This document shows, in pieces, positions 1-9,188 of a stretch of DNA of 64,000 bases. Each line of letters opens with the position of its first letter. Positions within the stretch are counted from its first letter, which is position 1. The translations under genes were made by a program, and so were the position numbers. The notes beneath the pieces were generated by a model. It had not been told where the DNA came from. It did no database searches and worked only from the letters and a program-made list of their open reading frames with translations. Source of the stretch: Patescibacteria group bacterium (GTDB taxonomy: Bacteria > Patescibacteriota > Minisyncoccia > Phycocordibacterales > JAKAEA01); contig JAZKCY010000001.1 in the NCBI GenBank assembly GCA_040387855.1, positions 253,857-317,856 of the forward strand. The letters are read 5' to 3'.

Positions 1-1
1 C

Positions 2-499
2 ATGTCGAGCTACAACAAATTGGTAACACTTAATACTCAAGTAGATACGCAGTGGTCACAAGTGGAAACTCAATATCAACGAAGATTTGATTTGATTCCA
101 AATCTTGTTGAATCAGCAAAAGCTGTGATGACTCAAGAACAAGAAGTGTTTACTGCAATTGCAGAGGCTCGCACACGATATGCAGGTGCGACAACACCAG
201 ATGCTAAAGCTGCTGCAGCAGGAGAGCTTGAACAAGGACTTGGACGATTGCTCGCTATTGTAGAGAATTATCCTCAGCTTCGATCATCAGAAACAGTACA
301 AACATTGATGGCCCAGCTTGAAGGTACAGAAAATAGAATTAGTGTTGAGCGAGGACGATACAATACATCTGTTCAAGATTACAATTTAGCGGTACGAAGA
401 TTCCCAGGATCACTTATGGCAGGATTATTTGGATTTGATGCACGAACTCCCTTTGCTGCAGATCAAGGTGCAGAATCAGCTCCAAAAGTTCAGTTTTAA
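2..499 (+). CDS. lemA: LemA family protein (5'-partial at window edge)
   Basis: Translation resembles LemA family; followed by TPM-domain gene, the classic LemA/TPM pair. Confidence 0.65.
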   Translation: MSSYNKLVTLNTQVDTQWSQVETQYQRRFDLIPNLVESAKAVMTQEQEVFTAIAEARTRYAGATTPDAKAAAAGELEQGLGRLLAIVENYPQLRSSETVQTLMAQLEGTENRISVERGRYNTSVQDYNLAVRRFPGSLMAGLFGFDARTPFAADQGAESAPKVQF

Positions 500-526
500 T
501 TTCGCAAGTTCTACGTCTCTATTAGT

Positions 527-1435
527 ATGAATATAAAAAAATGCATGGTACAGATTGCTCGAAGTTTGTGTCTTATTACTTTGATTCTGTGCATGCCTTT
601 TTTTGCACATGCGTATGTTAGTCCTGGAGCTCCTACTGGACATGTAAATGATTTTGCTCAGATTCTCACAGTAGAACAACGACAAGAACTTGAAGCGCGC
701 TTAACTACCTATACGCAGCAGACTACTCATGAGATTGCTGTAGTTACAATTCCTGCTCTTACTGACGAAACAATAGAGACATATGCAGAAAAACTGTTTC
801 AAGAATGGGGAATTGGAAAAACAAAGCAAGATAATGGAGTGCTATTACTTATTTCTCGAGATGATAGAAAATTACGAATAGAAGTAGGTTATGGCTTGGA
901 ACCAGAACTAACTGATGCTGAATCAAGTAGCATCATAAGAAATATTATTACTCCAGAATTCCAAAAAGGGAATTACTATAGTGGGATTTCAAATGGAGTT
1001 ACCAAAATGACAGAAGCGATTAATGCAGATCTTTCTGCATTGCCGGAAGCAGGAGGTAATAGAAACTTTGGTTCGTTCTCATCATTTATTCCGTTTCTGT
1101 TTATTCCAATTTCTATTTTTATGTGGCTCATGAGTGTCATGGCTCGTTCACGGTCATGGTGGGCTGGGGGTATATTTGGAGGAATTGTTGGTGCAATTTT
1201 ATTAGCAATAGGATTTGCTGTCGCTGTAATACCGGTACTTGTAATACTAGGACTTTTGCTTGATTTCATAGTGTCACGTGGGTATCAAAAGAGTAGAAAC
1301 TACGATACACGGCCGCCATGGTGGACAGGAGGTGGTTGGGGCGGAGGATTTGGTGGTGGAAGTAGCGGAGGGGGCGGCTTCGGAGGATTTGGCGGTGGTC
1401 GTTCTGGAGGAGGAGGCTCTAGTGGTAGCTGGTAA
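527..1435 (+). CDS. TPM-domain (YgcG-like) membrane protein with Gly-rich C-terminal tail
   Basis: N-terminal signal/TM, TPM domain region, TM segments, then GGGWGGGFGGG low-complexity tail. Confidence 0.6.
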   Translation: MNIKKCMVQIARSLCLITLILCMPFFAHAYVSPGAPTGHVNDFAQILTVEQRQELEARLTTYTQQTTHEIAVVTIPALTDETIETYAEKLFQEWGIGKTKQDNGVLLLISRDDRKLRIEVGYGLEPELTDAESSSIIRNIITPEFQKGNYYSGISNGVTKMTEAINADLSALPEAGGNRNFGSFSSFIPFLFIPISIFMWLMSVMARSRSWWAGGIFGGIVGAILLAIGFAVAVIPVLVILGLLLDFIVSRGYQKSRNYDTRPPWWTGGGWGGGFGGGSSGGGGFGGFGGGRSGGGGSSGSW

Positions 1436-1476
1436 TTTTATTTATTCTTGAGGTTTGCTATAACTAAAGGACCTCA

Positions 1477-1564
1477 GGAGACGTCGCATAGTGGTCTAGT
1501 GCGCTCGCTTGGAAAGCGAGTAAGGGTAAAACCTTCGAGAGTTCGAATCTCTCCGTCTCCGCCA
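1477..1564 (+). tRNA. tRNA-Ser (anticodon GGA), CCA encoded
   Basis: Acceptor stem GGAGACG/CGTCTCC, anticodon stem CTCGC/GCGAG with loop TTGGAAA, long variable arm, T-arm GAGAGTTCGAATCTCTC, 3' GCCA. Confidence 0.75.
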
Positions 1565-1598
1565 AATAAAAAATTCCTCCAAGCGGTAGCAAGGGGAA

Positions 1599-1943
1599 TT
1601 ACTTCTTCTTGAGGAATTGATCCTTTAGCCGCCGAGAGAACCTTTTCTCTACGGCAAGGAGCTCATATTCCACAGTGTCGTTTGCTTCTGGGGTTTCTGA
1701 CCCGGGCTGAAGCAAGATTTGGACCTTGACCGGTCCAGACTGGGTGTGCGTGACTGTACTGCTTTTGACCTTTGCCACTCGTCCCCAGCTCAGAGTGGAC
1801 TCCAGATCTTCTTCGATCACACTGTCGAAGACCTGGGCTGAGCCGGGCGCTCCGACCTGTGCACTTCGAGGTGATGAGCTTGACGCTCCACACCCGACTG
1901 CGCTGATCATGAACACGATGGCCACGAGCATAGAACGTAGCAT
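1599..1943 (-). CDS. small lipoprotein, GC-rich gene of probable foreign origin
   Basis: Signal peptide with lipobox AVGC; GGAGG SD 6 nt upstream of ATG; GC content clearly above flanks; sits directly 3' of tRNA-Ser. Confidence 0.45.
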   Translation of the reverse strand: MLRSMLVAIVFMISAVGCGASSSSPRSAQVGAPGSAQVFDSVIEEDLESTLSWGRVAKVKSSTVTHTQSGPVKVQILLQPGSETPEANDTVEYELLAVEKRFSRRLKDQFLKKK

Positions 1944-2051
1944 CGGAGACCTCCGAGGTATATGTGAGCGCTGCTTTTATAATAAAAGCATAACTGGCAA
2001 AACTCTGCAATGAAATTTTGTGTTCTAGTATTCGTCGTATAAACTATAGAT

Positions 2052-2690
2052 ATGAAAATAACCAAATATGGCCACTGCTGTTTATTACTTGAAATAGAAG
2101 GAACACGAATACTTACTGATCCAGGCATATTTTCAACAACACAAAATGAAATTAAAGATATAGATGTGGTTGTTATTACTCATGATCATCAAGATCACTA
2201 CCATGTGGATTCTGTAAAAAAGATCATTGCCAATAATCCGGAAGTAAAAATTATTACAACAAGTTTTATGGCAGGGCTACTTGATAAAGAAAATATCAAG
2301 AATTATGAAATAGTAGATGAAGGGCAGAGCACAATCCAAAAAAATATTAAAATAGAAGCATATGGAACAAAGCATGCACAAATGCATTCTTCAATTCCTC
2401 AAACTTCAAATACAGGCTACTTTTTTGCAGATACGTTGTTTTATCCAGGAGATGCGTTTACAGATCCGAAGCGGCATATAGATATACTTGCACTTCCAGT
2501 AGCGGGACCATGGATGAAAATATCTGAAGCTATTGATTATGCTTTAGCACTTAAGCCTACAAAAGCTTTTGCTGTACATGATGCCGTAATGACTCGACCA
2601 GAACTAGCATCAAATTGGCCCAACAGAGTATTACCTCCAAATGGAATTGAATTCTTGGTACTTGAAATTGGCAAAGAATATGATTTCTAA
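2052..2690 (+). CDS. MBL-fold metallo-hydrolase
   Basis: HxHxDH motif (ITHDHQDH) and metallo-beta-lactamase-like layout. Confidence 0.7.
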   Translation: MKITKYGHCCLLLEIEGTRILTDPGIFSTTQNEIKDIDVVVITHDHQDHYHVDSVKKIIANNPEVKIITTSFMAGLLDKENIKNYEIVDEGQSTIQKNIKIEAYGTKHAQMHSSIPQTSNTGYFFADTLFYPGDAFTDPKRHIDILALPVAGPWMKISEAIDYALALKPTKAFAVHDAVMTRPELASNWPNRVLPPNGIEFLVLEIGKEYDF

Positions 2691-2958
2691 CAAAAAAGAA
2701 ATTCTCAAAGAACTCAAGACTATCCCTGGAGTTGGAAAAAGTATTGCTGAAGATTTATATGATCTTGGATATGTTTCTGTTGCTGATCTTAAAGATAGAG
2801 AGCCCATCATTATGTATGAACGGCTTTGTATAAAAGCAGGGAAGCATTTGGATAGATGTCTTTTGTATACATTTAAATGCGCTGTATATTATGCCTCTCA
2901 CAAAAAACATGATCCTGAAAAATTGAAGTGGTGGTATTGGAAAGATAAAGTGAAATAA
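2680..2958 (+). CDS. Cdd1-like helix-hairpin-helix protein
   Basis: IPGVGKSIAEDLYDLGY HhH motif and CAVYYASHKK block resemble Cdd1/pathogenicity-locus family; overlaps stop of upstream gene by 11 nt. Confidence 0.4.
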   Translation: MISNKKEILKELKTIPGVGKSIAEDLYDLGYVSVADLKDREPIIMYERLCIKAGKHLDRCLLYTFKCAVYYASHKKHDPEKLKWWYWKDKVK

Positions 2959-2981
2959 AAAACACCATTTGCGCAATGGTG
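2954..2981 (-). terminator. rho-independent terminator for small GC-rich ORF
   Basis: Hairpin CACCATTGCGCAAATGGTG followed by T-run on minus strand. Confidence 0.45.
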
Positions 2982-3021
2982 TGTGCAGTGTTCCTGCTCT
3001 AGAGAATCGCAGAGCCAAGCG

Positions 3022-3153
3022 TTAGGGCAGCTGGCATGCCCCGTGGAACTTGAGATATTCCTCTCGCTCAGCGGGGCTCATGTCTTCTGCTTTTCCTGGC
3101 TTGGGCTCGTCGTCTTCCTTCGGGAGTTTGACTTGGTCATCGCTCTTCGCCAT
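3022..3153 (-). CDS. 43-aa highly charged small protein (GC-rich micro-island)
   Basis: ATG preceded by GGAGGA SD at -5; hairpin terminator downstream; not in ORF track (<60 aa); translation MAKSDDQVKLPKEDDEPKPGKAEDMSPAEREEYLKFHGACQLP. Confidence 0.3.
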   Translation of the reverse strand: MAKSDDQVKLPKEDDEPKPGKAEDMSPAEREEYLKFHGACQLP

Positions 3154-3281
3154 GAAATCCTCCGTGCGCTAGAACTTTGAGACATGCCCATGTTTTCGAA
3201 CTGGGCTATTAATAACTCTACAACTATAAAATATCATGTCAAGTGGTATGAAATTTCTTACTTCATCGTCTTTTAATAGTA

Positions 3282-3944
3282 ATGACACCACAAGAAGCAA
3301 TTAAAATTCAACAAGAGTTGCGACACAAAGTTGTGATTCAAAAATTTGATAGAGAAGTTACCTATATTGGTGGAGCAGATGTATCCCTCAATATGTTTTC
3401 AAAAACTATATATGCTGGAATAATTGTTTTAAAATTTCCTGAGCTCACACCGGTTACTCATGCAGTAGTACAAAGCGAAACAACATTTCCGTATATTCCT
3501 GGCTTGCTTTCATTTAGAGAAGCACCGGCACTTATTGAATGCTGGAATAAACTCACTATAAAACCAGATGTACTTATGGTGGATGGGCAAGGTATCGCTC
3601 ATCCGCGAAGAATTGGGATTGCATCTCATATTGGAGTGCTCTTAGATATTCCAACAATCGGTTGTGCTAAGTCGCCGTTGTATGGAGATTTTGAAGAAGT
3701 CAGTAAAGTAGTAGGAAGTATGTCATATATACATGACAGATACAGTAAACATGAGATACTAGGTGTAGCTTATAGAAGTAAAGAACGATCAAAACCGCTC
3801 ATTATTTCTCCGGGGCATAGAATGGATGTTGAAAATGTATTTAGTATTACAAAAGAATGTGTGAAGAAATACCGATTGCCAGAACCCACACGTTTAGCTC
3901 ATGATCTTGTAAACAAATTTAGAACGGGAGAAATAACAGAATAA
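3282..3944 (+). CDS. nfi: endonuclease V (deoxyinosine 3' endonuclease)
   Basis: IGGADVS motif and overall EndoV-like sequence (PGLLSFREAP, VDGQGIAHPRR). Confidence 0.7.
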   Translation: MTPQEAIKIQQELRHKVVIQKFDREVTYIGGADVSLNMFSKTIYAGIIVLKFPELTPVTHAVVQSETTFPYIPGLLSFREAPALIECWNKLTIKPDVLMVDGQGIAHPRRIGIASHIGVLLDIPTIGCAKSPLYGDFEEVSKVVGSMSYIHDRYSKHEILGVAYRSKERSKPLIISPGHRMDVENVFSITKECVKKYRLPEPTRLAHDLVNKFRTGEITE

Positions 3945-3948
3945 TTAT

Positions 3949-4461
3949 ATGAGTAAAAAAAGAACTATTATTTTCATAACTATAATGGCGGTGGGAATTG
4001 CGCTCTGTGCAGGTTTATTCTTTTTGACTTCATACAATAATAGTAAAAAACTACAACTTGAAACTTTGACTGCAAATATAAATTTGCCGGACGCCTCATT
4101 TGTAGGTACAGCTCTTCAAGTAAATGATATTAGAATTCCTATTGAAATTGCTGATTCAGATCCTGAGCGAATAAAAGGATTGTCTGGACGTGAATCTTTG
4201 CCTGAAGATACTGGATTATTATTTGTTTTTGAACATCCTGAAAGACACGGATTTTGGATGAAAGACATGAAGTTTTCTATTGATATGTTGTGGCTTGATG
4301 AAAATCTTCAAGTTATAACAATTGCTGATTCTGTAAGTCCAGAAACATTTCCTCAGTCATTTAGTCCATCTGCTCCTGCAAAATATGTGCTTGAGCTTAA
4401 CGCCGGTTTTTCTAAAGAGCACAATATAATTGTAGGTAGTCAATTTAGTGTTATCAAATAG
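3949..4461 (+). CDS. DUF192-family secreted/membrane-anchored protein
   Basis: N-terminal TM; GLLFVFEHPERHGFWMKDMKFSIDMLWLD matches DUF192 signature pattern. Confidence 0.45.
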   Translation: MSKKRTIIFITIMAVGIALCAGLFFLTSYNNSKKLQLETLTANINLPDASFVGTALQVNDIRIPIEIADSDPERIKGLSGRESLPEDTGLLFVFEHPERHGFWMKDMKFSIDMLWLDENLQVITIADSVSPETFPQSFSPSAPAKYVLELNAGFSKEHNIIVGSQFSVIK

Positions 4462-4520
4462 ACGTGTATAATAGAGAGATCTAAGTGAGGTAATTACAAA
4501 TTTTTATAGTAAATTTAGGT

Positions 4521-5552
4521 ATGAATAAAATCAGAGTTGCAATCAATGGCGCCGGACGAATTGGCCGAGCATTTTACAAAGTAGCCTCAAAGCGAGAGGA
4601 GATGGAAATCGTAGCTCTCAACGATTTGGCTGATATCAATAATATTGCCTATCTTCTTAAATATGACTCAGCATACGGTATTAGTGATTTTGAAGTTTCA
4701 GTAAAAGATCCAAACACTCTTGTGATTAACGGAAAGGAAGTGAAGTACTTAAATGTGAAGGATCCTGCTACAGCTCCATGGAAAGATTTAAATATAGATG
4801 TTGTGGTGGAATCAACAGGACTTTTCACAAGTTATGAAAAAGCTCAGGGACATATTACTGCAGGTGCAAAGAAAGTTGTTATCTCAGCACCAGTAAAAGA
4901 TGCGCCAACAGGGGATATCAAGGGAGGAACACACTTGATGGGTATCAATGCAGATAGTATTTCTTCAGTTGATATTTCATCAAATGCATCATGTACAACA
5001 AATGCAGGATCACCACTTATTGCTATTCTTCACGAATCAATTGGTATAGAGAAAGCAATGCTAAATACCATCCACGCTTACACAGCATCTCAGGCAATCG
5101 TGGACGGAATTAGTAAAAAAGATTACCGAGAAGGCCGAGCAGCAGCACAAAACATTGTGCCATCTTCAACAGGAGCCGCAGTTGCCGTAACTCAAGTTAT
5201 TCCAGATCTTAAAGGAAAGTTTGATGGTATCTCAGTACGAGTACCTGTAGTTGTAGGATCTATTGTAGACATTACATTTATTGCAAAGAAAAATACAACT
5301 GCAGAAGAAGTAAATAAGATTCTTGAAGATGCTTCAAAGACCGACCGATGGAAGCGAACTTTTTCAGTTACAAAAGAACAGCTTGTGTCATCTGATATTG
5401 TAGGAAGTCACTATGCATCTATTGCAGATCTTGCGTTCACACGAGTTGTTGATGGAAACCTTGTGAAAGTAATGGCATGGTACGACAACGAAATGGGATA
5501 CACATATACCCTTGTAGACCACGTAGCAATGATTGGTGGAGCAATGAAATAA
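4521..5552 (+). CDS. gap: glyceraldehyde-3-phosphate dehydrogenase
   Basis: N-terminal NGAGRIGR Rossmann motif, catalytic SNASCTTN, full-length GAPDH. Confidence 0.85.
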   Translation: MNKIRVAINGAGRIGRAFYKVASKREEMEIVALNDLADINNIAYLLKYDSAYGISDFEVSVKDPNTLVINGKEVKYLNVKDPATAPWKDLNIDVVVESTGLFTSYEKAQGHITAGAKKVVISAPVKDAPTGDIKGGTHLMGINADSISSVDISSNASCTTNAGSPLIAILHESIGIEKAMLNTIHAYTASQAIVDGISKKDYREGRAAAQNIVPSSTGAAVAVTQVIPDLKGKFDGISVRVPVVVGSIVDITFIAKKNTTAEEVNKILEDASKTDRWKRTFSVTKEQLVSSDIVGSHYASIADLAFTRVVDGNLVKVMAWYDNEMGYTYTLVDHVAMIGGAMK

Positions 5553-5576
5553 TCCTGCTAAACTAGTAAATTCAAA

Positions 5577-5600
5577 GAGCACCCGAAAGGGTGTTTTTTG
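5577..5600 (+). terminator. rho-independent terminator after gap
   Basis: CACCCGAAAGGGTG hairpin followed by TTTTTTG. Confidence 0.55.
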
Positions 5601-5648
5601 TTGAGGGTTTTTTAGTAAGCTCGAGCCTGCATGCGCGTCATAGGATAT

Positions 5649-6002
5649 ATGACACTCCACTACAACAAGCTCGTCCGCGATAATGTTCCAAATCTTGCTC
5701 GACAGCAAGGTGAGAAAGTATCTGTGCACTATGCCTCAGATGAAGAATTTTGGCTTAAACTAAAGCAAAAGCTTCAAGAAGAAATCAATGAGTTTGCAAA
5801 GCTTGAGACCATGGATTCTCTTGCAGATGTGCTTGAAGTAATTGATGCTATTTGTGAGTTTAAGAAATTTGATGTAAGAGAGCTCAATGCAGTTCGCGAA
5901 AATAAAGCTATAGAACATGGAACATTTACAAAACGGGTAATCCTTGATGAAACTGAACCGGATCCAACAATACCCTTACCAGATCCACATGATGATATAT
6001 AA
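5649..6002 (+). CDS. MazG-like nucleoside triphosphate pyrophosphohydrolase (small form)
   Basis: About 115 aa with EEINEF and ExxD pattern typical of MazG/HisE-like all-alpha NTP-PPases. Confidence 0.45.
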   Translation: MTLHYNKLVRDNVPNLARQQGEKVSVHYASDEEFWLKLKQKLQEEINEFAKLETMDSLADVLEVIDAICEFKKFDVRELNAVRENKAIEHGTFTKRVILDETEPDPTIPLPDPHDDI

Positions 6003-6016
6003 TAGAGGGTACTACC

Positions 6017-6475
6017 ATGAAAATATATATTGCATCAGATCACGCTGGTTTCGAACTTAAAACTCATATTGTTCAGTATTTAGAAGAAAACGGTATTGAA
6101 GTTGTTGATAAAGGACCATACTCGTTTAACCCTGATGACGATTACCCAGATTGGATTTCACTTGCTGCAGAAGCTGTTTCAAAAGACTCTCAACATGCAA
6201 AAGCTATTGTTATTGGTCTCTCAGGACAGGGTGAAGCTCTAGTCGCAAATAAATTTAAAGGAGTACGATCTGGTGTCTACTACGGTGGTCATGAAGAAAT
6301 AGTAAAACTATTGCGTGAGCATAATAATGCTAATGTCCTTTCATTAGGAGCTAAATTCATTAGTAAGCATGAAGCAGAACGAGCAGTTGATATCTTTATT
6401 GAAAATCAGTTTACTGGTGAAGAACGACATGTGCGGCGATTACAAAAACTAGAAGTTATAGATTCTAAAAGATAG
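6017..6475 (+). CDS. rpiB: ribose-5-phosphate isomerase B
   Basis: MKIYIASDHAGFELK N-terminus and 152-aa RpiB/LacAB family layout. Confidence 0.8.
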   Translation: MKIYIASDHAGFELKTHIVQYLEENGIEVVDKGPYSFNPDDDYPDWISLAAEAVSKDSQHAKAIVIGLSGQGEALVANKFKGVRSGVYYGGHEEIVKLLREHNNANVLSLGAKFISKHEAERAVDIFIENQFTGEERHVRRLQKLEVIDSKR

Positions 6476-6485
6476 ATAAAAAATT

Positions 6486-7190
6486 ATGATAGACGTCATT
6501 CCGGCAATAATGCCACATCATGTACGAGATATGTTTGAACGACTTGGTTTTGTTGTGCAACACGTTGATATGATTCAGCTTGATATTATGGATGGCAAAT
6601 TCGTTAAGTCTCGAAGCTGGCCATATTACGCAAGTGATCGTGGATCATTTGAAAAACTCCTCACTGAATCTGATGGATTGCCTTATTGGGAAAAAGTTAA
6701 TTATGAAATCGATTTGATGGTGAAAGATCCAGAAACAGTTATCGATGATTGGATTGTTGCTGGAGCTTCACGAATCATTGTTCATATAGAGAGCACAGAA
6801 AAACTTGATGACATTATAAATCTTTTTCGAGAACGATTTGCCTATGCTCCTGATTCACGAGAGAGAGATGTTGAATTAGTTCTTTCATTGGGTCTTGATA
6901 CTCCTATTGATACTATCTTGCCGTATCTTGAAGATATTGATGGTATACAATTTATGGGTATCGCAACTATTGGTTTACAAGGTGAACCACTTGATGAACG
7001 AGTGATAGATAGGATAAGAGATTTCCATAATGCTCATCCAGAAGTTATAATATCTATTGATGGTGGAGTAACAGAAGAAAATGCGCACCAACTTGCTAGT
7101 GCAGGTGCACATCGACTTGTTTCAGGATCAAAAATTTTTGAAAGTAGTAATCCTGCTGGAGTCATTCACACGTTGCGACACTCTCTCTAA
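6486..7190 (+). CDS. rpe: ribulose-phosphate 3-epimerase (divergent)
   Basis: DIMDGKFV, HIE and ISIDGGV motifs in the spacing expected for a TIM-barrel Rpe; sits among pentose-phosphate genes. Confidence 0.6.
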   Translation: MIDVIPAIMPHHVRDMFERLGFVVQHVDMIQLDIMDGKFVKSRSWPYYASDRGSFEKLLTESDGLPYWEKVNYEIDLMVKDPETVIDDWIVAGASRIIVHIESTEKLDDIINLFRERFAYAPDSRERDVELVLSLGLDTPIDTILPYLEDIDGIQFMGIATIGLQGEPLDERVIDRIRDFHNAHPEVIISIDGGVTEENAHQLASAGAHRLVSGSKIFESSNPAGVIHTLRHSL

Positions 7191-7196
7191 AGATTC

Positions 7197-8063
7197 ATGG
7201 ATACAAAACAATTCACTACAAGCGACCTTGAGGCAATTGCAAATGAAATTCGTCAGTCAATTATAGAAATGCTCCTTGCGGCTGGATCAGGACATACTGC
7301 AGGACCTCTTGGAATGGCAGATATTTTCACTGCACTTTATTTTAAAGTACTAAATCACAAGCCGTTAGTTCCTACATGGCCAGAACGAGATCGTTTGATT
7401 CTTTCAAATGGTCATATTTGTCCTGTATTGTATGCCACAATGGCACATGCTGGATATTTCCCAAAGTCTGAATTAAATACTCTCAGAAAATTTGGCTCAC
7501 GATTGCAAGGTCATCCTCATCGAGAATGGCTTGCTGCGCTTGAAACAAGTTCTGGTCCATTGGGAGCAGGCCTTTCTCAAGCTGTGGGTATGGCAATTGC
7601 CGATCGAATTGATTTTGGCCGTTCTGCTCGAAAATTCTTCTATTGTTTATTAGGAGATGGGGAATTAAACGAAGGACAAAACTGGGAGGCTATTATGCTT
7701 GCTGGAAAAGAAAAACTTCATAATCTCATTGCTATTGTAGATCGAAATAATATCCAAATAGATGGTTACACTGAAGATATTATGCCCCTTGATTCACTTC
7801 GTAAAAAGTGGGAAGCGTTTAACTGGCATGTGTTGGAAATAGATGGGCATAATTTTGATGAAATTATTGGCGCGCTCAATCAGGCTCAGGCTATTTTTGA
7901 AAAGCCTTCAGTTATTATCGCGCACACAATTCCAGGAAAGGGTGTCAAAGAATTTGAACGTGATTACCATTGGCATGGTACACCTCCAAATAAGGAACAG
8001 GCAGATATGGCGTTGAAAGAATTGCGAACATTAGGAGGGCAAATTAAGAGTGAACATGAGTAA
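7197..8063 (+). CDS. tkt: transketolase, N-terminal (TPP-binding) subunit
   Basis: GHTAGPLGMADIF and GDGELNEGQNWEA thiamine-diphosphate motifs; split-gene arrangement. Confidence 0.8.
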   Translation: MDTKQFTTSDLEAIANEIRQSIIEMLLAAGSGHTAGPLGMADIFTALYFKVLNHKPLVPTWPERDRLILSNGHICPVLYATMAHAGYFPKSELNTLRKFGSRLQGHPHREWLAALETSSGPLGAGLSQAVGMAIADRIDFGRSARKFFYCLLGDGELNEGQNWEAIMLAGKEKLHNLIAIVDRNNIQIDGYTEDIMPLDSLRKKWEAFNWHVLEIDGHNFDEIIGALNQAQAIFEKPSVIIAHTIPGKGVKEFERDYHWHGTPPNKEQADMALKELRTLGGQIKSEHE

Positions 8064-8189
8064 AAAATATTTAATTATTGGAGTATTAATCATAATTAGT
8101 CTTATTTGGTTCTGGTCTGATTGGATTGGATTAATTATAATAGTTTTGATCTCTTCTCTTACTGGAAATCCTATAAAATTTTAAGTGTT

Positions 8190-9185
8190 ATGCTCAATCC
8201 TCAAGCAAAATTAAATCCAAAAGTATTTGATGGTGATGTAGAACAAGTTCCAATCCGAAAAGGATTTGGTGAAGGGTTATTGAAAGCGGGGGAATTGGAT
8301 CCTCAGGTAGTGGGATTGTGTGCGGATCTTACTGAATCGACTCAGATGCATCTCTTTAAAGAAAAGTTTCCTGCACGATTTGTAGAAATTGGAGTAGCAG
8401 AACAAAACCTAGCCTCTGTGGCCTCAGGAATGGCTGCAATGGGCAAGATTCCTTTTATCACCTCATATGCCATGTTTTCTCCAGGACGTAACTGGGAGCA
8501 AATTAGAACGACTATTGCTTACAATAATGTGCCCGTAAAAATTGCTGGATCACATGCTGGGATTTCTGTGGGACCTGATGGAGGAACACATCAAGCAGTT
8601 GAAGACTTGGCATTAATGCGAGTGATTCCAAGAATGATTGTTCTTTCTCCCTGTGATTTTATTGAAGCTCGAAAGGCAACACTTGCAGCTGCAAAAATTA
8701 AAGATCCTGTATATATTCGATTGGCTCGAGATAAGACTCCGGTTATCACTACTGAAGAAACAGTTTTTGAAATAGGTAAAGCACAAACCGTGTGGCAGCC
8801 AGCTGCAGGAAAAGCTGATGTGGGAATTATTGCTACAGGTGCCTTGGTACATAAAGCATTACTTGCAGCAAAGGAATTGGAGAAAGAAAAAATTGGTGTC
8901 ACCGTAATTAATCTTGCAACTATCAAGCCTCTTGATGAGAAAGCTATAATAAAATTAGCGCAAGACACATGTGCAATTGTAACTGTTGAAGAACATCAAA
9001 TTGCTGGAGGAATGGGATCAGCAGTATCAGAATGTTTAGCAAAAAATAAACCGGTACCACAAGAATTTGTTGGTGTGAAAGATGAATTTGGTCAGTCAGG
9101 AACTCCCGCAGAACTTATCGAACATTATGGAATGGGGCAAAAAGATATTATTGCTGCTGTTAAAAAAGTAATGAAGCGTAAATAA
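8190..9185 (+). CDS. tkt: transketolase, C-terminal (pyrimidine-binding) subunit
   Basis: FVEIGVAEQN motif and C-terminal domain; start reset to ATG 8190 after an N-terminal extension of the ORF. Confidence 0.75.
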   Translation: MLNPQAKLNPKVFDGDVEQVPIRKGFGEGLLKAGELDPQVVGLCADLTESTQMHLFKEKFPARFVEIGVAEQNLASVASGMAAMGKIPFITSYAMFSPGRNWEQIRTTIAYNNVPVKIAGSHAGISVGPDGGTHQAVEDLALMRVIPRMIVLSPCDFIEARKATLAAAKIKDPVYIRLARDKTPVITTEETVFEIGKAQTVWQPAAGKADVGIIATGALVHKALLAAKELEKEKIGVTVINLATIKPLDEKAIIKLAQDTCAIVTVEEHQIAGGMGSAVSECLAKNKPVPQEFVGVKDEFGQSGTPAELIEHYGMGQKDIIAAVKKVMKRK

Positions 9186-9188
9186 TTC

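Noticed and set aside
1340-1435. Gly-rich tail of the TPM protein as a separate low-complexity element or repeat feature
   Set aside because: GGGFGGG tails are a common C-terminal feature of TPM/YgcG family proteins and it is in frame; not an independent element.
8591-8968. Antisense ORFs inside tkt, rpsB/tsf (17351..18082), gyrB, dnaE, rpoB/rpoC and others from the six-frame track
   Set aside because: They lie wholly within well-supported genes on the opposite strand, have no SD or homology signal and have low-complexity translations. They are typical shadow ORFs.
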